NCBI RefSeq assembly: GCF_964355755.1
Contig: NC_092670.1
Span: forward strand, 37,064,388-37,128,387
DNA from: Antedon mediterranea
Lineage: Eukaryota > Animalia > Echinodermata
DNA length: 64,000 bases
Direction of reading: 5' to 3'
The notes beneath the pieces are model-generated. The model saw only the letters and a program-made list of their open reading frames with translations, ran no database searches and was not told the origin of the DNA. Position numbers and translations under genes: made by a program. This document shows positions 15,283 through 27,382 of the stretch, piece by piece; within the stretch, counting starts at the first letter, position 1, and every line of letters starts with the position of its first letter.

Positions 15283-17007
15283 CTCCACGGTATAACATAT
15301 TCTCCATGGTAGGCCTGTAACACGTGCTCCATGGTATAACACGTTCTCTATGGTATAATATAACACGTTCTACATGGTATAACACGTTCTCTGTGGTATA
15401 ATATAATACGTTCTACATGGTATAACACGTTCTCTGTGGTATAATATAACACGTTCTACATGGTATAACACGTTCTCTGTGGTATAATATAACACGTTCT
15501 ACATGGTATAACACGTTCTCTGTGGTATAATATAACACGTTCTACATGGTATAACACGTTCTCTGTGGTATAATATAACACGTTCTACATGGTATAACAC
15601 GTTCTCTGTGGTATAATATAACACGTTCTACATGGTATAACACGTTCTCTGTGGTATAATATAACACGTTCTACATGGTATAACACGTTCTCTGTGGTAT
15701 AATATAACACGTTCTACATGGTATAACACGTTCTCTGTGGTATAATATAACACGTTCTCTGTGGTATAATATAACACGTTCTACATGGTATAACACGTTC
15801 TCTATGGTATAATATAACACGTTCTACATGATATAACACGTTCTCTATGGTATAATATAACACGTTCTACATGGTATAACACGTTCTCTGTGGTATAATA
15901 TAACACGTTCTACATGGTATAACACGTTCTCTGTGGTATAATATAACACGTTCTCTATGGTATATTATATAACACCTAAATAAATTCCTGTCATTTGATT
16001 GGACGATTGTGGGTCACATGGCGTGCAATAGTACGCACTATTAAACGATCGTTTAATAGTACTTTTTGAAACATTTTTGTGTACGAAAAAAAAAACGTCT
16101 CGCGGATGAAAAAAAATCTAGTACACAAATTATCCTATGATATGGCTCTGTACTGTGAAATACAACAGCACCACCTGTCGTCTGGTCTCAGTTTCATTTG
16201 TAAACACCACCGCGAGATATGCAACAGCAGCAGATATTTGTGTACGATTTGGACATTATGTACTAATTTCATTCAAAAAAGCATTTAAATTAGCTTTAGA
16301 TCGTTTTTAGGATTTTGATTAATTAATGGGGACATCCCTACAAGACGTGGAATTGTTGGAAAACACATAATTAGCTTAGATAAGTTCCAATTGTCTGTCG
16401 AAGTTTTGCCTTTCAGCCAAGCTAGTACTAGGCCTAGGTCTAGCCTAGGTCATGCTAGTATTAGGCTAGGCCTAGCCTAGGCGTTTTAGCCTTGCTAGGC
16501 CTAGGATTGTTTGGTCGTTTGTTGACATAATTAACACAAAAGTAGGTGTGTTTACGAAATCCATATAAATATAACATTTAATATAAAATTATTAAAAACC
16601 AAATGTTACTGTTTTTAATCAATGTGTGTGAAGGAAATGTAGTAAGCTTTGGCTAGGGCTACCTTTTATTTGATTCAAATAACTAGAATTTATTTAGATG
16701 TTTATATAAAACAAATAATGAATGTTTTGTATTCGTGTAATGGTACAAATAATGGCACTTGGTGAATGATGAAAGGTTATATCAACTCGGCGTTGCCTCG
16801 TTGATATAACCTTTCATCATTCACCTCGTGCCATTATTTGTACCATTACACTCATAAACATTCATTATTTGTATAATATAACACGTTCTACATGATATAA
16901 CACGTTCTCTATGGTATAATATAACACGTTCTACATGGTATAACACGTTCTCTGTGGTATAATATAACACGTTCTACATGGTATAACACGTTTTCCATGG
17001 TATAACA
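15283..17007. repeat. 43-bp (19+24) minisatellite split by an inserted element
   Basis: tataacacgttctacatgg / tataacacgttctctgtggtataa repeated at 15283-15960 and 16876-17007. Confidence 0.92.
15965..16875 (+). mobile_element. Hairpin-ended repeat, long copy B with 595 bp of extra internal sequence
   Basis: Same ends as 43895-44208; extra segment 16101-16695. Confidence 0.8.
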
Positions 17008-17789
17008 GTGAGCCACCTAACGATAGGCGTTTTCCTGGTTCAGTTGTGAAGATGAATTAATTAAAACACAATTGGTCTTCACTGATCACTTGTACTATTT
17101 TATTGACAAGTTACATTTATGACATTTTTAAATAAAATGACAGTCCACATAGAAATTTTCTTAACCTAATTACTATAAAAATACTGATGGGTTTTATTCG
17201 TAAATGGAACCACATCTTTTTCTTGAAAATATTAGTCCTACCACATGGGTAAGCCATACTTATCAAGATCAGGTTTTTGTAATTATTCAGTATAAACGGT
17301 ATAGAATAAATATTAAAAAATATTATATTCATAAATTGGATATAATATTAATAACATAAAAAGATTCCGTTTTTTATGCATAGCTAATTCAGTGTCTACC
17401 ACACATAGAAACTATCCTATCAAAAGTATCTTCAGTAATCCAAGAGCGACAATTGCGATATATTTTGGTTTCGTTACGGTAAATCATATGATTCTAGACA
17501 AGGATTTTAACTTTCTTGATGAAAAGATGATTATTTATTAGTGAACACTATACAACCAGGTTTTATAAACCATAAATAATTTATAAAAAATTACTCGAGC
17601 TGAAATTTGAAAAGGCCTACTGAAATAAATACATCAACGGGTCAACAGGTTGTAGTAACGAATATCTATCAAAGTGTCAAAATACAAAACGCATACTATA
17701 ATAACATTATAGTACCGTGTTAATATGCGTTATTTATAAATGTGTTAATATAGTCATAAAATTCATCAGAGCGGTACGCAGGGTGGTAA

Positions 17790-17943
17790 AGGCCAACTTA
17801 GACAGGATCGTATGACGAGGCCCGTCGAGTTGAATCCCGACAAGAGTCGATCGTTGTCGGGTACCGTATAGTTTTTAGCCTCGTCGGGAGAACTTTAAAC
17901 ATGTTTAATTTTCTCATCGTACGATGTTGTCTGAGTTGGCCTT
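17790..17943. mobile_element. MITE
   Basis: aggccaacttagaca ... tgtctgagttggcct inverted termini with TAA flanks. Confidence 0.65.
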
Positions 17944-18219
17944 AAGAGATGCAGTAGACCTATATACAGAAGCGTTACCAATATCAGTTGGAACGTTTAG
18001 CACGTTTACGTTTATTGTTACGGAATCCGTTTCTTATCGATATAATTACTCCAATAGTTCATGTTCAGAAGAAAAAAAGCTAATAAATAACCTGGTAAAA
18101 TAAAGGCGTTTCCTATATACGAAATAGCAATGTCGACTGCATCACCCGGTATTTTTTCGTACGTAAAGGATAGTATAGTTTTATAGTAGGCCTATAAATG
18201 TTTTCTTAAAAACGTCGTT

Positions 18220-19455
18220 TTAGTGTGTACAACAAGGCGATACAAACCACCTGAACATGTTGTAAAAACTTCGGCGAAAGTACACATTAGTGTACGCATA
18301 CAGAAGAGGATTGACAGCCGAATTCAGCCACAGGAGATAGTTAGCAATATCCCAAACTAGAACGGATATAATATCATGATCTCTATACACAACATCTACA
18401 ATCAGAGCGATGTTATACGGCAACCAGCATATAATAAAAACCCCAACTAGGATAGAAAGCATCTTGGCCGCTTGTATGTGTTTGCCCCTTGAATCTGAGC
18501 TCTTTCGTCGACTTGGTGATTCCGATTTCTGCGGTAAAGTGGTCGGTGAATTCTTTGGTGCGGATGAGATTGTTTTTAGACCTGCGTTTGTTCTTGTCGA
18601 TATTTTTAAGGCGATATCATCGGGTGATAAAGTTGTGTTTGTAACAGCGTCATCCGTGATCGTTTCAACTTCATCGAGCGATTTACTGTCCGTAAGTACT
18701 CCAGACGAGGGGCCTACCTCTGAAGCTAAGCCGGAATCTTTAGATTCCGCGGGTGGCTTTTTCTTATTCGGTTTTGTTTGCTTATTTGTCGTCACAAGAC
18801 CGGCTGTACGTTCCCGAATATTGGCATAAATTTTAATGTACAACACAATTACTATTCCAAGCGGAATAAGAAATTCAACAAACAACGCAGTAATTGTGTA
18901 TGGTAGATGCTGCACTGCGTTTAGTTCACACTCTTCGTCAAAATCGACGACATCTATTGTTATTACTTCAAACAAAATCACCGCGATGAGATGAAAGCCA
19001 ATAGATATTAACCAAGAAACGGATATTTGCCAAAGAGCTCTTGTCTTAGTCTGATATGATGTGTAGCTGAGTCCTTTCTTGATGAGAAGATAACGATCGG
19101 TTGATATCAATACAATACAGTACGCAGACTGTGTCGTTACAGTGTAATCAACAAATGTCCAGAAGATACAAGGAATTTTACCGTACGGCCAGCGATCATG
19201 CCACCTCCATAAATTATCTAACGGTAGACTCATCAATCCCACTATCAGATCACTAATAGCTAGATTCAGAAGAAAAAGATGAGAAACTTTGTTCCTAATA
19301 TCCCGATATATGATAAACGATGCGATCACCATTACATTGCCAATAATGGTAAATAAAGCCGCGATCCACAGCCCTATGAATGCCACCCATCCTTCATGGG
19401 GTAATTCAAACTCGCTAGTTATATTTTCAGCGTATACGCTATCCTCGCTCGACAT
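18220..19455 (-). CDS. Intronless class A aminergic GPCR, histamine H3/H4-like (411 aa from first ATG)
   Basis: Seven hydrophobic segments; LLNLAISDLIVG, CIFWTFVDY (D3.32), DRY, VEFLIP, CWLPY, LLWLNSAVNPLLY. Confidence 0.9.
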   Translation of the reverse strand: MSSEDSVYAENITSEFELPHEGWVAFIGLWIAALFTIIGNVMVIASFIIYRDIRNKVSHLFLLNLAISDLIVGLMSLPLDNLWRWHDRWPYGKIPCIFWTFVDYTVTTQSAYCIVLISTDRYLLIKKGLSYTSYQTKTRALWQISVSWLISIGFHLIAVILFEVITIDVVDFDEECELNAVQHLPYTITALFVEFLIPLGIVIVLYIKIYANIRERTAGLVTTNKQTKPNKKKPPAESKDSGLASEVGPSSGVLTDSKSLDEVETITDDAVTNTTLSPDDIALKISTRTNAGLKTISSAPKNSPTTLPQKSESPSRRKSSDSRGKHIQAAKMLSILVGVFIICWLPYNIALIVDVVYRDHDIISVLVWDIANYLLWLNSAVNPLLYAYTNVYFRRSFYNMFRWFVSPCCTH

Positions 19456-19617
19456 GCTGACCGTGTATCCTTTTATTTCAACTACTTGTCCAACAGTGAA
19501 CTTCTCGAATAAAACGAAGTCAATCGTTGAGATACGTTTATTGGTTGACTTGCTTAATAGCTTATGATTTTTCAACCAATGAAATTGAGTATACACATTG
19601 TCTGATTCCTCGCTCGT

Positions 19618-20490
19618 TAATAATAATAATAATTTATTAGAAACTTAACTTTTACAACAGTGGCACAATTTGATGATAAAGGTGCGTCCAAAAAATAACA
19701 TACAAGAATAAATATAATTATTATATTAAAAATAAATCAAAATGAATGAGTGAAATACAAAACATAATTCTTACCAAAAAAAAATAATAATTAAATACTT
19801 TAAATCAAAATAAATAAATAAAACAAACTTAAGAGGAATCAAAATAAATAAAAATGTTTAGATACACACAAAATAAATAATAAAATTAATGTCATGGTAT
19901 GAATCAAAATAAAGAGTATAACGGTGTGTGTAATACTCAACACTAAGGCATAATAAATAAAATAAAAACACAAAGATTACGAAACAGAAATCAAAATGAC
20001 ACACAAAAGTTGAAAAGCAGTTTAAAAGAGCACAACGTTTCTTCCATAAAGATTTAGCCAATGATTTACAGAATTTGTCGATTAAAGACTTAATAATATT
20101 ATCAAATAAATCATGGTCATTGCCTAGAATAAGAAGGGTTTTGTTGAATAAATCTAAATTCTGAAAATAGTCAAAGAGATAAAAAAGATTACATTCCAAA
20201 AGTTCTTGTTTGAATTTAGCAATTTGTTTTTTTTTCTCTTCTTCTAGAGTGGTACATGTTAGGAGAAAGTGCATAATGGTTTCTTCTTCATTTCTGTTGC
20301 ACAATTTACAACAACCATTAGCATTAGGGTCATTTGACCATTTAGATGTTTTTCTTTCAAGGGGAAGGGTGTTTGATCGCAGCTTAAATTTTAACGATGC
20401 TCCTTCAAAGTCAATTTTATCAAGTAGATACTGTTCAAGTTTTGGTTCATTTTTTATATAATATAAATCTAGTTTTAATGAGAGCTTTGA
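19618..20490 (-). mobile_element. 5'-truncated non-LTR retrotransposon 3' fragment
   Basis: Open frame ..FKLRSNTLPL..CKLCNRNEEETIMHFLLTC (CCHC knuckle typical of LINE ORF2 C-termini), then AATAAA and (TTA)n tail. Confidence 0.8.
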
Positions 20491-23400
20491 ACTATTATGT
20501 GTTCAAATGAACGGAACATTATAATGCAGCACAAAAGTCCACAGTGAACCGCGAATTACTAATGTAAGCACGCAGATCACCTATCTAATTCTAGGTTAAG
20601 ACGACACTGAATTTCTTACGGACGTTATTTGCACGCCATTAATCATGGGATGTCTGAAAATGATGTCACCAGTCCTCTGAGCACACCTTAGAATAATTTA
20701 TATCTTCAATCATCATATGTTGTATTTTATATCTACATGCTACAATATTCTTACTATAGGACTACTACTACTACCAACAGCTATTAATCACACTAAGGAC
20801 TGGGACAGACTGAACATTTACACGGAAGCGACACGGGGCAACCGTCACACATTATTGCACCGAGTTAGTTGCACGAAGCTTGAAAAAGTTGCCTATAATG
20901 GAGCAACTAGGTAACACAACGCGTTTAAGAAAATCGACTGACACCTACACGTCACATTCGCTTTGATGTTCACACTGAAATCGTTCGTCGCGTCAAAATT
21001 ACGGTTCGATTTGACGCTTGACGCGCGCCGCTTCTCGTGTAAATTGTTAAGCGTGCACCGCCGGCATTTAACAGTACGGCTGTACTGCGATCTTTGCTAT
21101 TAACATTCGATTATGAAGATTTATATAAGTAGGCCTAGTACGTTATATTCTAACACATCAGGCAAACGAAAGCATTACTTCACTGTGATAAAACGAACGT
21201 TATTCTTTGAATACATATTTGCATATATAGTGTTTTTTAGGTAATTGCTTAATAAAGTATACCTATTCATAAAAGGTATTTAACATTGATATTGGTGGTG
21301 ACGCTAATATGAGGCAATCAAGACAGAACTTGCGTTTTGGGGAAATTGATACATTTTAATATAACCTAATTATTTACATGAATAGCAATCATTTCATATA
21401 GTATAGAGTTACATAATATAGAAAAAACGTATATTAATAATATCATCAGCAATTTAACACGCACTGAATTGGTTTCACAATTTCATACTCAGCTGCTATA
21501 AAACAGTTCACGTGTAGTTTTGCGAGCGAACGATACATTTTCGAGAACAGCATTATGTATTGTCATGTTTCATAATACACATAATGGATCCTTGTGTATC
21601 TCAAGAATATTTGCGATGAAATAACTAATAAGTTCTAATATAAACATAGAAATTCGAATGAAAAAAATCTCGTGGACACACGTCCAACAATGTCCGCTCT
21701 TTTTTTTGTGTATTTTCCCTTGGAATTCATATTAGACTTAAGCTGTTGTGTTCTTTGACCAAAAATTGGATCGAAAAACAATGTATTTTTACTTTCAAAG
21801 CAAACAATCGTCAAATTGGCTGTCAGCCATGGGGATTTATTTAATTTATTTTGTCATTTTATAAGTTAAACATAATTTGTTTTCCATTTTTTTTTCATAC
21901 GGAAGTTGATTAACTTTAATAAAGCTACAAAATAACCTATTTAAATCTTATTTAATTAGGCCAATATTAATTTTTTATGTTTTTGGGGGACAGCTATAGA
22001 GTTTGGCTGTGTACTTGGAACATAAAGTTTAAGTTCATACTTAAATACCAAGTATTTTATTTGCTGGTATATTGTAGTGTTTGACCGGACAAGAAATAAT
22101 AATAATATGCATATTTCAAGACAGAGGTTCAATCAATTCAATTTAACAGTGAGTCGGTCAACAATTAGGACATCAATTAGAGTTGATGCCGCGGGATATT
22201 AAATTCAGATTATAAACATTATTTTAAATTATATTTCATCTCATGTGTGGCTTGTAAGAATTCTACGACCAAACGCGGTTCCGGTTCCGAAAGTACATCT
22301 GCATTTATTATACTGCCTTTGAAGCTTTCGCGACTACGTCAATTCTTGAGCTAGAAAAGTACTGTATTGCGAAAGCACAAGTGGGAACCGACGGTTTGAT
22401 TTCACGCAGGCGGGGGCAATCACAATTATAGGAAGGGCATTTTTCTTACGTCGAGTAGGTTGCGTTATGTGATTACGCAATACAGCAGTCAATTATACTT
22501 CGCTGCGTTGCGTCGTATGAACATGTATGATGTGTTCCCATAAAGTTTTGAAACCATCCTTTAACATCTTATGAAAATCAGGCAATAATTTTTTGAGTAA
22601 TCCTGTTAACTAACAATATAAAGAAAGAAAGAAACACGGACACACAACACACGCGATCGACCACATACCTCTCGCTATTTTGGCTGGCGGTAGTTAAATG
22701 CCTTGAATATCCAGTAAATGAAATACCTAATTCTTTGTCTACGCTATCAAACTTCATGAAAAATGTGATGTGCCCGTATATGGATATGATGATGTCATAT
22801 CGATTCACTACCATATTTTTGGGCATATCACTACCATATCTGGGCACATCACAAATTTTGTCAAACTAGTGGGAACCAAAATTTATTGTATCACGCGCGC
22901 GCAAAAGATTATAGATACTGAATTGAATTGATATCAGCAGTGCTCTCACGTGACGATCACAAATGAATAACACACGTTTCTCAATTATTGCGCCAATAGA
23001 AAAACTGTAATGTTCACAAAATCATAGTAGCTTGAAGATACAAGGCTTCCAAATACAAAAAAAATCACAAAAAACATTTTCATTTTGATATTAAAAAAGG
23101 TATTATAATTAATTAGTAGACCTACGAAGTGCCTTACTATATTAAATATTTATTATCGATAGATAACCTTAAATTTATTAGCCGTAGAAATAGTATTTTT
23201 TAATTATTTTTATGATTTAATATCTCAGTAAAGACAGTGTGTCGACGTACTGTATACATTTTATAATTCAGACACAGACATAGCATAACACAGGTTTCTC
23301 CGTATCATTGTTTACTAAACTACTGAAATTTGAAACTATTGTAATTTGATGTTAAATATCCGACTTGATGTTTTTATTAACCGGCAATTATAATCCGTTT

Positions 23401-23980
23401 ACGACGGGTTAATGTAAGATACACCAGTGCTTGAAAACATAATGTAATAATGATTGTGTATGTGACGTCGTTAAAGTAATTACAAAATGATTATCCTAAA
23501 TAGTTCTAGGATGAAAACCTTTCCAATTTATTTTGTTTTATCTTTATCTAGTTATTGTTATCGTCCTAGTATAAATGGACCTTTAGAGAACAACGCTTTA
23601 GTGTGCACCAAGCATTACAGTATGATTATTATATATAAACTTTCTTTCACATTGTAAAAATCTAATTAAAATCTAAATTTACGCCTGTTTACAGCACTTG
23701 TCTACGGCCAATGTAAACAGCAATATCTTATTGAGACTAATACCCTTCGAAGACAGTTAAAGAATAAAAAGTCAACACACTCTTTAGGAAATCAAGTGTC
23801 GCATTATTCCAATATGTCTCGGCGAAACGGATAAGGTTTATTAATAATGTATATAAATATTTGGGCAAGACAAGGTGATACTTTCCTAATGTCAACCTAC
23901 TCCGTATATTTGTTATAGTTTGTAAATAGTATTAACTTAGTTTCAAGAAAATAATGATTCTTCGGCGATTATCATGTTTA

Positions 23981-24204
23981 AGCGTGGTTCCCACTCTAGA
24001 ACGCAACGCAACGTGACGCAGCGCCGTAGCGACGCGAAGTGCTGTGTATTGCGTAATCACAAGTGGGAACCGACAACGCAACAGTGCCGCTGCAAACATC
24101 GCCGGTTTGATTTCACGGAGGCGGGGGCAAACACAATGATTGGAAGGGCATTTTCTTACGTTGCCCAGATTGCGTTACGTTGCGTCGTTAGTGGGAACCA
24201 CGCT
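23981..24204. mobile_element. Harbinger-like MITE family 2, full copy (others ~22330-22520, 50902-51110, 51406-51614, 52222-52438)
   Basis: TIR agcgtggttcccact; TTA duplication around the 52222 copy. Confidence 0.8.
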
Positions 24205-26330
24205 TAACAATTACCCGTCTGGTATATTTTAATTTCATTTTTACAATATTCCACGATTGAGAGGTACAATGGTAAGACGTTGCATCGAGAGACAATCGAC
24301 GACGTGCGCTGGCAAATCCGGGACGCACGTTCACATACGCGATTAATGTTTCAAATTATTCATTTCATTGATGTGTGATTGCGCTAGTTACAATCCGTTA
24401 CGCGTGAGTAATTCATGAATGACGTAATGCATAAACGTGTATAACTAGGGACATAATTTGTACTCGTGGTTCACTGCGAGTACGGCAACACGCCAGGAAT
24501 GTTGTAAACAAAAGGTGGAATGAATTTTAGCTGATTGTCGTTATTTTGTACTTTTCGTCATTTTGTACTTGTCTATTACATTCTAGCGTGATAATGTATG
24601 GTTCTGCTAATGCATTCAATTTATGCACATACATTTTCACCATCTGCGCCGTGCTTTCATATTATTGTAATTAAATTATTGTTCACCATACGTTGAGTCT
24701 TTAAAGCATCAAATGCTTCATTATACATTCATAACAGAATGTATCTTAATTTTGAATACATTTTGTTGATGAATCTATACAATCAAGAAATGAAAAATGA
24801 TGAAACAATATTTTCCATTTTAATGTTTATTCAGTTAGTTGTCTTTTATAGAATGGTGGGACCGTACATTTAAGCTACATTTACACAGATATAATTTTTA
24901 ACACGGCGCCGTCTTTTTGTTCCGTGAAGTGTGAATGTACTTCTACCCACCAATGTGCACATGAAACCAACTTACCTGGGAAAATACGGGGCGCAACCTG
25001 AACAGGACGTCTGAGGCAGAAATCATGAATAATGCAGACGTACAGAAATGTAAATTTCGCGAACGAATCAGTTTTTAATGTGCAAATGAAATTCTACAAA
25101 TAATTTTATTTAAACAAATTAATCAATTAACAGGAAAATAATATAGATGAATTAGGTATATGGATGAGTATGGTACATGTAAGTGGTGGTTTGGCTTCTT
25201 TTTTTTTTTTCAAACAGATTATTTTCAGCTTGTATTTACTACACATAAATATGTGGCTACATCTTGAAATCATTGTTAGAAAACCCCGTGCCTGTTTAGA
25301 ATTAGGTTATCATATTTAGTAAACGATTTTGGCTAAAAAAAAATGATTTGCAGATTTGTAGAATTTCGGCGGCGTGATGTTTGCACATAGTGGATTATAC
25401 ATTTTTACAGATTTTCACATATTTTTAGGGTGCCGGCATGTATCATCAAATTTGGTTGTCTGCAAATTTGAGGGCAACACGTTTGCAGTGGTTGTTTGCA
25501 CAAATGTGATTGTAATTGTTTGCACATTTCACAGCTCAACACGATGCCACGGCACCACCAAGTCACACCGTCTGTGTTCGGGAAAACCCGTCATATGGGT
25601 CGTCAATTTGACCATAATTATTTTTTTTGCCGGGGTTTTTCCATAATTTAAGGCCAAAATCATAATCCAAATAGTTTTGGTATTTCCGTGTATGCTAGGT
25701 CTACCCTATTTACCCTCATACGTTTGTAATATTAGACCGAATTTTCGTAGTAATTATGGACGTCATATCATATTTCAGAATTGAACGGCCGTCTTCCGTT
25801 TCATAAAACGTAGCCTTAATAGATTCAGAACAAAAGATGAATGGTCGTTTATGATATTACAAAACTAGGTGACTTGTTACGGTACCGTAGTTTATTAAAT
25901 TAAATATACACAGCTAATATTATTAGCATCATTCTATAGCTGATTTATCTGCCAACAATTATTAATAATAAACATTAATTTGTTTATGCAGTATCACTTT
26001 CACAGCCTAGAAAAGCTAATATTAATAAAGATATGAATATGATGAATATGAAACTAAACCAAACGCTGATAAAATATTTTATTGATGCTGCTACAATATT
26101 TCAAGAAGAACAAATTGATTAAAATATTATTTATTTTATCCATCTATGCATGATTTGCATTATGTCTTAGGATTTTCATAAAATTCTCTTTTTAATAAAT
26201 TCGACGTTGATTGAATTCAATATAGGCCTAATAAGGTATAGTATTCAATGAAAAACAACATTATGGTTATGGGGTAGTTGTGTATATAAATCACCAGAAT
26301 TGTACCGAGAAGGTTTTCAACAACATTTAA

Positions 26331-26583
26331 AGATGTATTGTTCCCTGAAAAAATAATTCTTACAATTTTTTTTTTTTTAAATGTAACATACATGCCAGCC
26401 AATGGATTTCATTTCTGGTTAAAATTAACTATTTAATTTGTCATTTTTTTATAAGTGAAAACATTATTTTTTTTCGTTTTATTTTCTACGGAAGTGATTA
26501 ACTTTATTAAAACTACAAAATAACATATTGATAGTCTGATTTAATTAATCTTCATTCTTAATGGTTTGGGAGACAATACATCT
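26331..26583. mobile_element. Kolobok-like MITE (partial copies ~21720-22000, 31140-31447, 32420, 34420-34660, 49010-49302)
   Basis: TTAA|agatgtattgt ... acaatacatct|TTAA. Confidence 0.7.
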
Positions 26584-27382
26584 TTAAATGACCAAAAAAG
26601 GAAGGAGAGATGGGGATTCAAGTAAAGTTTATTGTTTCACACAATATACAGAACATTTGATAAATTAGTAAATATAATTGTGTGAGGACGCGTTAAGCCA
26701 AGTCTTTGAGTTTGGTCCTCCAGATAAATAAATTTATAGGATTATTTAATTTAAGTGAAAAAAAAACACTTCTTTCTTTCGTCTAATTGACAAATATAAT
26801 TTTAGATTGAGCGGTAAGTTATTCCATATATAAGGTCCATTTTAAATAAAAGATGTTCTTCTAATATAAGTCTGAAATGGCGGCCATTTTGTTTTTCACA
26901 TTTTAAGGGTGAAGATCTAAAAATTGAGCCGGGTAAACAGCAAATTTGAATTCAGCACCCCAAAATTACCCTAAAACACATGTTTATTCGCTTTTAACAC
27001 GAAATGCCTACATCATTTCATTTTTCTCAAATCTGGACTAGTCTATAAGTAAAATGGTATGTTTTTCATATTTTTGTTTTTAGTTTTAGTAATTTTTTTT
27101 TAGTAATGATTAGGATTGTACTGTAATGAGGTTTCAAACTACATGTGAATTGTCACTAGGACGTTTTTAAATTATTGGAGTTGGGTGGATTGAGAAGTAC
27201 AGTACCCACTTTAGTGTGTTTATTTCTCAGTAACGCAATACAGAAAAATAAATTTGATGCAGTATTTTATTATGTTTTTGTCATTTCAGTACGACATACT
27301 TTAAAGTTGATCCATAATATACTTAGCAAGTTAAGTGAATTTTAGTAACTAATTCACTTAAGTGAATCCATTTACAATCTTA

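Noticed and set aside
19456-19596. 47-aa N-terminal extension of the GPCR
   Set aside because: Begins at GTG; the first ATG at 19455 gives a normal short glycosylated N-terminus
24970-24982. U1 snRNA 5' end (acttacctgg)
   Set aside because: No further U1 similarity; just the complement of a splice donor
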